Shown here: piece after piece, positions 52,819-64,000 of the stretch
Position numbering within the stretch: position 1 is the first letter of the stretch
Layout: every line of letters begins with the position of its first letter
NCBI RefSeq assembly: GCF_009914755.1
Contig: NC_060932.1
Origin: the human T2T-CHM13v2.0 reference genome, Homo sapiens
Length of the DNA stretch: 64,000 bases
Reading direction: 5' to 3' (one strand)
The notes under the pieces: generated by a model
The model's input: only the letters and a program-made list of their open reading frames with translations
Told to the model about the DNA's origin: nothing
Databases searched by the model: none
Program-made: the position numbers and the translations under genes

Positions 52819-54680
52819 ATGATGACCATTTTACAAAAAGGGAAACTGAGGCACTGAGCCATGAAGTCACTTTCGGAAGAGCCCACAGTTATGAAAGAGC
52901 AGTGGTGGCACCAAGGGCAGGGGTTCCATCCCAGGACTTGCCATCTGGCCCTTTGTAGGAGCATCCTTTGTACTTAGAGATTGGAGAGAAATTTTGTCAA
53001 AAGATCCCAGGAGTCTCCAAATCTACCCTGGTTCTAAACGTGAGGCGCAAGTACCTGGAGCATGGTGACTGAGGGACTCCCCTGGAGTGTGTCTGCCTCC
53101 CGTCACCACCTGCCCCAGAGAGTGCCACGTGCGAGTCCCGCTGGGAGGCCCCTGCGTCCTGCTGCCCCGCGGCGCATGCTGCCCAGCGCCCCAGCCTCCT
53201 GCACCCAGGCCTCCTCCCAGTCTCCAGCCGGCTGCTGTCCATCCAGATGCCACTCCAGTGCAGCCAGTGGAGCAGGGCCAGGAGTGTAGGTGGCCTGACC
53301 ATCCCCTTCCCCAGGGCTCTGAGAAAGGCTTCTCCTCCAGCAGTGTTTCTATCCGGGGGGCACAGGGCAGCAGTGACCAGCACAAGCTTGCGGGGTGAGG
53401 ACACAGCTTGGAGTTGGGCGCTCGTGAGTTCCCACCCTTGCCTTGAGGACCTGGGCTTGTTACACCCCCAGGACTCCGGTTCTTCACCTGTAAAATCAGA
53501 AGAGCACTTCTGGAAACTTCTGGGCTGGCAGAGATGGAGCACAGCCACTACAGCTCCTCTCTCCCTTTGGACAGAATATAAAAAGCGACTCCTGGAGGAC
53601 TGTGAAACGCTAACAGTAGCAGCTGGCTGGGGAGGAAACTCAAAACTTACCAACAACTGGCATGGAGGTTTACTGTTTTTGTTTTGTTTTGTTTTGTTTT
53701 TCCCCAGCTGTCTATGTGCGGCTTTGATCTGAGGATGGGGGTGTCTCACAACTGTGCCGTGGGTGCAAAGACCGACAACCCCAATACAAACCCGCCTTTC
53801 CCTCTGCAAATAAGAGTGCGTAGGAGAAACCCCCACTTCCCTCTCCTTTCTCTCCTAACCCTGTCCCGGCCTGCTCTTTGGTGGCATCACAGACCCCTGC
53901 GATCCTGCACGAGATTCCACCTGTATTGACAGAGGAGCTGGGCACAGGGCTCTGTGGTCCAGAGCGTGTGTGTGCAAGGTCCCTCTCTTATTTTCCCTGT
54001 CTTTTCTCTTGCTGTGTTGCCCCGAGCAGGGCCCAAGTCGTGTGAAATGGATGACAGCACAAGGAACTAAGACTCTGAGAAAAACCCTGGCTTTCTAAAT
54101 GGACTCCTCCTAGGAGCCTGAGTGTATGGGAACCCCACAGAGCAGCGACCTGGAGGAGGGGCCTCCACGCTGAGCATGAAACAACACAAGCTCGGTGCTT
54201 GCCTGAGCTGAGCAGCACGTGTGGGGAACAGGCCGCACAGCAACAGCCTTGAGAATTGAGCCAACACGGATCCACTGCACACAGCCGCTGGGATACGGCT
54301 TGTGGCCTGACCCAGCCGGGATGAGTGCCCGCCAAAGTGAAAATGCCAACATTCTCAAGCGCGTTCTCGCAGGGCTCAGAGCCTCGCATCTGATTATTTA
54401 AAACATCCAGGATACAACCCCAAATTACCCAACATGCCAAGGACTGGAAATTGGATCCGGTCTCAGGGGAAAAGACAGACAGTTGCTGGCAGAACCCCAG
54501 GACTCAGATGCTGGAGGGACCAGGAAAAGATTTCACAGCAGCAATTCCAGCCCGATGCTCCCCGCGGCAAGAGTGGACACCCCAAGAATGAGTGAAAAGA
54601 CAGACGTTCTCAGCAGGTGGAAATGGTAGAAGTGAAAAACATATTACCTGAAGTAAAAAATCACCTGAAGTAAAAAAGCT

Positions 54681-56540
<1,860 letters not shown>

Positions 56541-58026
56541 TCTATACTGTTGAAAACAAAATTGCCACATTACCTGGTAGGATTTTCAATGCATGTAAAT
56601 CTGATAACATGACAAAGATAGAATGGGGGGTGGGGGATGTGGAGGAAGAGACCACACCTCACATGAAGTGGCAGAGCGGAGACTCTAAGAAGACTGTCAA
56701 AAATCCTAAGTATACTGTAATCTCCAGGGCGACCAATAAAAAATTAGAAAACAATGGCCCAAAGCCAGTAAATTTAAATGGAACACTAAAAAATATTCCA
56801 ATAATCCAAAAGAAGGTAGCTAAGGGAGGGGAAATGAACAAAAAACAGAGGAGGGAAAGGAAACAAAGAATAAGTCCAAACACATAATTACATAAAATGT
56901 AACGGTATAAATGTGCCAATTCAAACATAGAAATTGTGAAATTGGATAAAGATAACCCCACCCATTAATATGCTGCCTAAGGAGGCTCACTGCAAATACA
57001 ATGACAAAGACAAGGTAAAGGTAAAAGGATAGAAAGACGTGGGTCCCATCACCACTAATCAGGCATGCTAATTCCTGCTTCAGCATTGCTGTAAAGTTCA
57101 CAGTGAGAACTTCCGCAACACAGGCATCGGGCACACACACAGGACTTCCTCAAGAACAACAGGAAGAATGTGGTTGAAAGCACCCTGCTGATGCCTTTCC
57201 TCCACTTGTTTTTGAAGGTTCTCCCTGTCCCCCTTTTCAAGGCTAGTGCCCTGACCGCATCCCCCATCCTAGCCTTCATCATTGGTTGCACGTGGTCTGG
57301 ATGAGAGCTATTAAGCGGATTGTGCCGAGTGCCTACTTTGGCATCTGTGAATGTTCGCACATGTGAACCCCACTACTGTTTCCATTTCCTTGTGGCCCCG
57401 TCCCCTCAAACCCACCTCCAGATGGGCCAGATGCTCCTGCAAAGGCCACACAGACCCTACCAGGGATTTTCTAGAGCCTGGGAGGCACATTTTGATGAGT
57501 TACCCTGGTGTCATTTCTGCCCTGAGGCCACTGGCTCTTCATCCAGAATGTCCAAGCCCTGTCCACTCTATCTGCCCTCGCTCCAGCCAGTCTAGCACAG
57601 GGAGTGTCCTCCACGGCGTCCATGCCCAGCCCGCAGGCCCCCAGGAGGCCAACCACACACAGCCACCAGGCAGAACACATGGATTCTTGCTGTGTTCTGC
57701 TACCATTGGAGACCAAGTGGCCCAGACGCCAAAGGCAACCCATGTGTGGAGTGAATGAAGGGGGGACTCGAAAGGGCTTGTTCTTTGTCACCTGCTCCAA
57801 TTGCCACACTTCCATTAACAATGAAAGTTCTTGGTTCTCCCAGAAAACTTTGAGCAAGACTTAACTGCAACCTGTGTGCATAAAATTCTGAGATACGGCT
57901 CTAGGAACCCTGGATTTTGGACGGCTTGCTTCCCTTGTTTAATCTACTATCTGTATATTAAGGGCATAAAGATTAGTGATTGAACCTTCAAAAACCTGAA
58001 ATCAAAAACAAGAGTTTCCTTCATAT

Positions 58027-58032
58027 TTTACT
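58027..58032 (-). terminator. Candidate EPPK1 poly(A) signal (AGTAAA)
   Basis: TTTACT on the + strand about 650 nt past the stop, in AT-rich context. Confidence 0.45.
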
Positions 58033-58677
58033 TGTTCAGAATTTTTCCTAGTAAATTACTACAAAAAGTTCTTCTCCACAACAGACTCGCTCAGTCAACG
58101 CTAGTGAGGTCACACCTCTAAGGTGGAGCAGCAGCCAATGGAGAGAATAAAGCCCATGCTTTTGGCCAGCACAGCAGCCAGGGAAAGCCCGGGGAGGAGG
58201 ACCGAAATAGAGCCAGGGCACTAAATAGTAGACACTGGCTGATGGAAAATGAGTTTGAAGATGAACGTGAATAGCACATCGTTAGGGAAATAACCGCATG
58301 TAATAAAAATTACACTGCAACAAGAGTACCCGATGGCATGATGGACTGAGAGTCTAAAGAGTGACATTCTGTAAAATGGAAGCAGTGAATCCAAAACAGA
58401 CAGAAAAATGTTCTGAAAACGAAAAAGGAGAGAAAAGTAAAACCATATGACACATAGACGACCCAGAAAACACACCAAAAAACTTATGAAACACCTCGAT
58501 GGACAAAGGAAAAGTTTCTGTCACATGACAACTTAAAACGTTTTCCACAGATAACGAATGGGTAAAACAACAAAATTAAAGAATGACAAAAAAAAAAAAA
58601 AAAAAAAAAACAACCCAGACACACAAGTATGCCTCAACTTCTCCAGAGTTGCAGAAAACTGCACGGAGGAAGCCCAG

Positions 58678-61600
58678 TCACTGTAGAGAGAGAGAAAGAA
58701 ATAGGAGCCCCGTCTCAGGGTCCAGGGTGGCCCTCTGCAGAAGCTGCAGGTACGTGAGGTTCTCGTGCGTGTTGGGGTCGAAGAAGCCCTTGGTGTCGTC
58801 GCTGGGGTCGGCCAGGACGCGGTTCATCTCCTCGTCGAAGTAGCCGCGCCGGTAGGCCACGTCCACGGGCACGCGGTGGCTGTGCACGGGGTCGATGACG
58901 CCGCCCGTGGCGATCTGGGCCTCCAGCAGGCGGATGCCGTGCTCCCGGACGATGAGGTCCTTCTGCATGGCCTGGAAGAGGGAGATCTGCTGCCCGGTGT
59001 AGGGGTCGGTGTAGCCGGTGACGGCGCGCTCGGCCGACAGCAGCTTCTCCTGGATCTCGCCGCCCACCACGCCCGCGGCCACGGCCTCCTCCACCGACAG
59101 CCTCAGGTTGCGCACGGGGTCGATGACGAAGCCGGTGGCCGCCTGCGCCTCCAGCAGCACCAGGGCCGTGCCGGGCCGCAGCACGCCCTTCCACATGGCC
59201 TGGTAGATGCTCATCTTCTCCTGGCGGCCGGGCTGGTCCTTGGCGGGCACCAGGACGCCCGCGATGCAGCTGGTGCCCTCCAGGTAGCGCTTGACCGAGT
59301 CCATCTCCGTCACCTCCTGCAGCGTCTTAGTGCCCTGGGCCAGGTCCCGCAGGGTCTCGGGGCCCAGGATCCCGGACGTGTGCAGCTCGGAGGCGGACAC
59401 CTGGCGCCTCAGGCCGCGGAAGGACACCTTGCTGAGCCGCTCCTCCGTCTCCTCGATGACCCGGGTGAGGACGGCGACGAGGTCGGGCAGGCCCAGGGCG
59501 CCGGCCGCGTGCTGGGCCAGGAGCTCGTCTCGGCGGGCCTCGCTCAGGTACGAGGAGAAGAGGACGTCCCACACGGAGACCGGCCGCCCCTGGAACTGCC
59601 CGCGCTGCACCTCCATGGTGGCATCACGCAGGGTCTGCTCCTGGCGGCGGGCGGCGGCGGCGGCGGCGGCGGCCTCCTGGGTCTCGCCCTCCCCCTGGCC
59701 CTCTCGCTGGGAGCGCCCCGAGTCGCCGTCCCCTCGCCCGGCTGGCCCTGGCTCCCGCGGGCCGCGCCAGGCGTCCTGGAGCTGCGGCCGGGCCCCGGGG
59801 GCCTCCTCGGCCTCCTCGATGATGGCGGTCAGCCGGCGGGTCAGCGCGGGCAAGTCCAGGGTCCCCGAGCCAAACTCGGCCAGCAGCTCCTCCCGGGCGG
59901 CCCCGCTCACGTAGCCGGACGCCAGCACGTCCCACACGGGCACCGCGCGCCCCCGGAGGCGGCCCACCTTGACCTCCATGGTGGCGGCACGCAGGGCCTC
60001 CCGGGGGTCTGGGCGCGGGCTCCCGGCCTCGGCCTCGGCCCGGGCCTGGGCCTGGGCCTGGGCCAGCAGCGAGGTGAGGGTGGCGCCCAGCTCCTCCACG
60101 GTCAGCGTGCCCGCCCGGTATCTGCTCAGCAGGTCCTGGCGCCGGTCCTCGGACACCTCGCGGTAGAAGAGGAGCTCCCAGACGGAGACGCTCTGGCCCT
60201 GGAGGGCGCCCGAGCCTGGCGTCACGCGGGCGTCGCGCAGGGCACAGCGCAGCTCCTCGCTCAGCTGGTGCACGGCGGAGCCCCGGCCTGCCAGCTGCAG
60301 CATGTAGAGCCCGGTGTCCGGGTCGGGCACGCAGCGGCGCAGCAGCTGCACGTACGTGAGGTTCTCGTGCGTGTTGGGGTCGAAGAAGCCCTTGGTGTCG
60401 TCGCTGGGGTCGGCCAGGACACGGTTCATCTCCTCGTCGAAGTAGCCGCGCCGGTAGGCCACGTCCACGGGCACGCGGTGGCTGTGCACGGGGTCGATGA
60501 CGCCGCCCGTGGCGATCTGGGCCTCCAGCAGGCGGATGCCGTGCTCCCGGACGATGAGGTCCTTCTGCATGGCCTGGAAGAGGGAGATCTGCTGCCCGGT
60601 GTAGGGGTCGGTGTAGCCGGTGACGGCGCGCTCGGCCGACAGCAGCTTCTCCTGGATCTCGCCGCCCACCACGCCCGCGGCCACGGCCTCCTCCACCGAC
60701 AGCCTCAGGTTGCGCACGGGGTCGATGACGAAGCCGGTGGCCGCCTGCGCCTCCAGCAGCACCAGGGCCGTGCCGGGCCGCAGCACGCCCTTCCACATGG
60801 CCTGGTAGATGCTCATCTTCTCCTGGCGGCCGGGCTGGTCCTTGGCGGGCACCAGGACGCCCGCGATGCAGCTGGTGCCCTCCAGGTAGCGCTTGACCGA
60901 GTCCATCTCCGTCACCTCCTGCAGCGTCTTAGTGCCCTGGGCCAGGTCCCGCAGGGTCTCGGGGCCCAGGATCCCGGACGTGTGCAGCTCGGAGGCGGAC
61001 ACCTGGCGCCTCAGGCCGCGGAAGGACACCTTGCTGAGCCGCTCCTCCGTCTCCTCGATGACCCGGGTGAGGACGGCGACGAGGTCGGGCAGGCCCAGGG
61101 CGCCGGCCGCGTGCTGGGCCAGGAGCTCGTCTCGGCGGGCCTCGCTCAGGTACGAGGAGAAGAGGACGTCCCACACGGAGACCGGCCGCCCCTGGAACTG
61201 CCCGCGCTGCACCTCCATGGTGGCATCACGCAGGGTCTGCTCCTGGCGGCGGGCGGCGGCGGTGGCGGCGGCGGCCTCCTGGGTCTCGCCCTCCCCCTGG
61301 CCCTCTCGCTGGGAGCGCCCCGAGTCGCCGTCCCCTCGCCCGGCTGGCCCTGGCTCCCGCGGGCCGCGCCAGGCGTCCTGGAGCTGCGGCCGGGCCCCGG
61401 GGGCCTCCTCGGCCTCCTCGATGATGGCGGTCAGCCGGCGGGTCAGCGCGGGCAAGTCCAGGGTCCCCGAGCCAAACTCGGCCAGCAGCTCCTCCCGGGC
61501 GGCCCTGCTCACGTAGCCGGACGCCAGCACGTCCCACACGGGCACCGCGCGCCCCCGGAGGCGGCCCACCTTGACCTCCATGGTGGCCGCACGCAGGGCC

Positions 61601-64000
61601 TCCCGGGGGTCTGGGCGCGGGCTCCCGGCCTCGGCCTCGGCCCGGGCCTGGGCCTGGGCCTGGGCCAGCAGCGAGGTGAGGGTGGCGCCCAGCTCCTCCA
61701 CGGTCAGCGTGCCCGCCCGGTATCTGCTCAGCAGGTCCTGGCGCCGGTCCTCGGACACCTCGCGGTAGAAGAGGAGCTCCCAGACGGAGACGCTCTGGCC
61801 CTGGAGGGCGCCCGAGCCTGGCGTCACGTGGGCGTCGCGCAGGGCACAGCGCAGCTCCTCGCTCAGCTGGTGCACGGCGGAGCCCCGGCCTGCCAGCTGC
61901 AGCATGTAGAGCCCGGTGTCCGGGTCGGGCACGCAGCGGCGCAGCAGCTGCACGTACGTGAGGTTCTCGTGCGTGTTGGGGTCGAAGAAGCCCTTGGTGT
62001 CGTCGCTGGGGTCGGCCAGGACACGGTTCATCTCCTCGTCGAAGTAGCCGCGCCGGTAGGCCACGTCCACGGGCACGCGGTGGCTGTGCACGGGGTCGAT
62101 GACGCCGCCCGTGGCGATCTGGGCCTCCAGCAGGCGGATGCCGTGCTCCCGGACGATGAGGTCCTTCTGCATGGCCTGGAAGAGGGAGATCTGCTGCCCG
62201 GTGTAGGGGTCGGTGTAGCCGGTGACGGCGCGCTCGGCCGACAGCAGCTTCTCCTGGATCTCGCCGCCCACCACGCCCGCGGCCACGGCCTCCTCCACCG
62301 ACAGCCTCAGGTTGCGCACGGGGTCGATGACGAAGCCGGTGGCCGCCTGCGCCTCCAGCAGCACCAGGGCCGTGCCGGGCCGCAGCACGCCCTTCCACAT
62401 GGCCTGGTAGATGCTCATCTTCTCCTGGCGGCCGGGCTGGTCCTTGGCGGGCACTAGGACGCCCGCGATGCAGCTGGTGCCCTCCAGGTAGCGCTTGACC
62501 GAGTCCATCTCCGTCACCTCCTGCAGCGTCTTAGTGCCCTGGGCCAGGTCCCGCAGGGTCTCGGGGCCCAGGATCCCGGACGTGTGCAGCTCGGAGGCGG
62601 ACACCTGGCGCCTCAGGCCGCGGAAGGACACCTTGCTGAGCCGCTCCTCGGTCTCCTCGATGACCCGGGTGAGGACGGCGACGAGGTCGGGCAGGCCCAG
62701 GGCGCCGGCCGCGTGCTGGGCCAGGAGCTCGTCTCGGCGGGCCTCGCTCAGGTACGAGGAGAAGAGGACGTCCCACACGGAGACCGGCCGCCCCTGGAAC
62801 TGCCCGCGCTGCACCTCCATGGTGGCATCACGCAGGGTCTGCTCCTGGCGGCGGGTGGCGGCGGCGGCCTCCTGGGTCTCGCCCTCCCCCTGGCCCTCTC
62901 GCTGGGAGCGCCCCGAGTCGCCGTCCCCTCGCCCGGCTGGCCCTGGCTCCCGCGGGCCGCGCCAGGCGTCCTGGAGCTGCGGCCGGGCCCCGGGGGCCTC
63001 CTCGGCCTCCTCGATGATGGCGGTCAGCCGGCGGGTCAGCGCGGGCAAGTCCAGGGTCCCCGAGCCAAACTCGGCCAGCAGCTCCTCCCGGGCGGCCCTG
63101 CTCACGTAGCCGGACGCCAGCACGTCCCACACGGGCACCGCGCGCCCCCGGAGGCGGCCCACCTTGACCTCCATGGTGGCCGCACGCAGGGCCTCCCGGG
63201 GGTCTGGGCGCGGGCTCCCGGCCTCGGCCTCGGCCCGGGCCTGGGCCTGGGCCTGGGCCAGCAGCGAGGTGAGGGTGGCGCCCAGCTCCTCCACGGTCAG
63301 CGTGCCCGCCCGGTATCTGCTCAGCAGGTCCTGGCGCCGGTCCTCGGACACCTCGCGGTAGAAGAGGAGCTCCCAGACGGAGACGCTCTGGCCCTGGAGG
63401 GCGCCCGAGCCTGGCGTCACGCGGGCGTCGCGCAGGGCACAGCGCAGCTCCTCGCTCAGCTGGTGCACGGCGGAGCCCCGGCCTGCCAGCTGCAGCATGT
63501 AGAGCCCGGTGTCCGGGTCGGGCACGCAGCGGCGCAGCAGCTGCACGTACGTGAGGTTCTCGTGCGTGTTGGGGTCGAAGAAGCCCTTGGTGTCGTCGCT
63601 GGGGTCGGCCAGGACACGGTTCATCTCCTCGTCGAAGTAGCCGCGCCGGTAGGCCACGTCCACGGGCACGCGGTGGCTGTGCACGGGGTCGATGACGCCG
63701 CCCGTGGCGATCTGGGCCTCCAGCAGGCGGATGCCGTGCTCCCGGACGATGAGGTCCTTCTGCATGGCCTGGAAGAGGGAGATCTGCTGCCCGGTGTAGG
63801 GGTCGGTGTAGCCGGTGACGGCGCGCTCGGCCGACAGCAGCTTCTCCTGGATCTCGCCGCCCACCACGCCCGCGGCCACGGCCTCCTCCACCGACAGCCT
63901 CAGGTTGCGCACGGGGTCGATGACGAAGCCGGTGGCCGCCTGCGCCTCCAGCAGCACCAGGGCCGTGCCGGGCCGCAGCACGCCCTTCCACATGGCCTGG
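58678..64000 (-). CDS. EPPK1: Epiplakin 1, 3' part of the single giant coding exon (plakin repeat domains + linkers), 5'-partial
   Basis: Uninterrupted frame of more than 1770 aa with plakin repeat motifs ([42 protein letters not shown]), ending LLFLSLSLQ*; TGA at 58678-58680. Confidence 0.98.
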   Translation of the reverse strand, partial: QAMWKGVLRPGTALVLLEAQAATGFVIDPVRNLRLSVEEAVAAGVVGGEIQEKLLSAERAVTGYTDPYTGQQISLFQAMQKDLIVREHGIRLLEAQIATGGVIDPVHSHRVPVDVAYRRGYFDEEMNRVLADPSDDTKGFFDPNTHENLTYVQLLRRCVPDPDTGLYMLQLAGRGSAVHQLSEELRCALRDARVTPGSGALQGQSVSVWELLFYREVSEDRRQDLLSRYRAGTLTVEELGATLTSLLAQAQAQARAEAEAGSPRPDPREALRAATMEVKVGRLRGRAVPVWDVLASGYVSRAAREELLAEFGSGTLDLPALTRRLTAIIEEAEEAPGARPQLQDAWRGPREPGPAGRGDGDSGRSQREGQGEGETQEAAAATRRQEQTLRDATMEVQRGQFQGRPVSVWDVLFSSYLSEARRDELLAQHAAGALGLPDLVAVLTRVIEETEERLSKVSFRGLRRQVSASELHTSGILGPETLRDLAQGTKTLQEVTEMDSVKRYLEGTSCIAGVLVPAKDQPGRQEKMSIYQAMWKGVLRPGTALVLLEAQAATGFVIDPVRNLRLSVEEAVAAGVVGGEIQEKLLSAERAVTGYTDPYTGQQISLFQAMQKDLIVREHGIRLLEAQIATGGVIDPVHSHRVPVDVAYRRGYFDEEMNRVLADPSDDTKGFFDPNTHENLTYVQLLRRCVPDPDTGLYMLQLAGRGSAVHQLSEELRCALRDAHVTPGSGALQGQSVSVWELLFYREVSEDRRQDLLSRYRAGTLTVEELGATLTSLLAQAQAQARAEAEAGSPRPDPREALRAATMEVKVGRLRGRAVPVWDVLASGYVSRAAREELLAEFGSGTLDLPALTRRLTAIIEEAEEAPGARPQLQDAWRGPREPGPAGRGDGDSGRSQREGQGEGETQEAAAATAAARRQEQTLRDATMEVQRGQFQGRPVSVWDVLFSSYLSEARRDELLAQHAAGALGLPDLVAVLTRVIEETEERLSKVSFRGLRRQVSASELHTSGILGPETLRDLAQGTKTLQEVTEMDSVKRYLEGTSCIAGVLVPAKDQPGRQEKMSIYQAMWKGVLRPGTALVLLEAQAATGFVIDPVRNLRLSVEEAVAAGVVGGEIQEKLLSAERAVTGYTDPYTGQQISLFQAMQKDLIVREHGIRLLEAQIATGGVIDPVHSHRVPVDVAYRRGYFDEEMNRVLADPSDDTKGFFDPNTHENLTYVQLLRRCVPDPDTGLYMLQLAGRGSAVHQLSEELRCALRDARVTPGSGALQGQSVSVWELLFYREVSEDRRQDLLSRYRAGTLTVEELGATLTSLLAQAQAQARAEAEAGSPRPDPREALRAATMEVKVGRLRGRAVPVWDVLASGYVSGAAREELLAEFGSGTLDLPALTRRLTAIIEEAEEAPGARPQLQDAWRGPREPGPAGRGDGDSGRSQREGQGEGETQEAAAAAAAARRQEQTLRDATMEVQRGQFQGRPVSVWDVLFSSYLSEARRDELLAQHAAGALGLPDLVAVLTRVIEETEERLSKVSFRGLRRQVSASELHTSGILGPETLRDLAQGTKTLQEVTEMDSVKRYLEGTSCIAGVLVPAKDQPGRQEKMSIYQAMWKGVLRPGTALVLLEAQAATGFVIDPVRNLRLSVEEAVAAGVVGGEIQEKLLSAERAVTGYTDPYTGQQISLFQAMQKDLIVREHGIRLLEAQIATGGVIDPVHSHRVPVDVAYRRGYFDEEMNRVLADPSDDTKGFFDPNTHENLTYLQLLQRATLDPETGLLFLSLSLQ
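58745..64000. repeat. Coding tandem array of ~1.6-kb units in EPPK1
   Basis: The MWKGVLRPG codon recurs at 59196, 60798, 62400 and 63993 (periods 1602, 1602, 1593 nt); units nearly identical. Confidence 0.97.

Noticed and set aside
58765-62457. 1230-aa antisense ORF over EPPK1
   Set aside because: It is codon-aligned with EPPK1, so its stops would need sense TTA, CTA or TCA codons, which GC3-biased sequence avoids. It ends exactly at the silent CTA (62455-62457). A shadow ORF lengthened by the tandem repeat.
59624-63991. Three ~390-aa alternative-frame ORFs in EPPK1
   Set aside because: Low-complexity R/G/P/A translations of very GC-rich repeated coding DNA

Overview
Human (primate) genomic DNA from 8q24.3 with four co-oriented minus-strand genes, recognised from their translated exons. 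These are the 5' two-thirds of SCRIB (exons 1-24, codons 1-1201, continuing off the left edge), complete PUF60 (12 exons, 559 aa), complete NRBP2 (18 coding exons, 501 aa) and the 3' end of the EPPK1 coding exon (about 3.3 near-identical 1.6-kb plakin-repeat units). I walked all exon boundaries by hand: every intron is GT-AG and the cumulative lengths keep frame. The window also holds two mirtron-type microRNAs (MIR937, MIR6845), the overlapping oSCRIB ORF, two HERV-K(HML-2) LTR5 solo LTRs in inverted orientation around NRBP2, an LTR13, MaLR/MER21/MER30/L1/L2 remnants, many Alus, two intronic VNTRs and promoter CpG islands. This is a well-studied locus and I see no convincing wholly new gene system. 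The most interesting leads are the inverted LTR5 pair, phase-compatible read-through fusions along the gene chain (PUF60 has only a weak poly(A) signal close to the SCRIB promoter), a multi-uORF SCRIB leader, and two short templated duplications. Repeat subfamily calls are from memory of consensus sequences and their coordinates are approximate.
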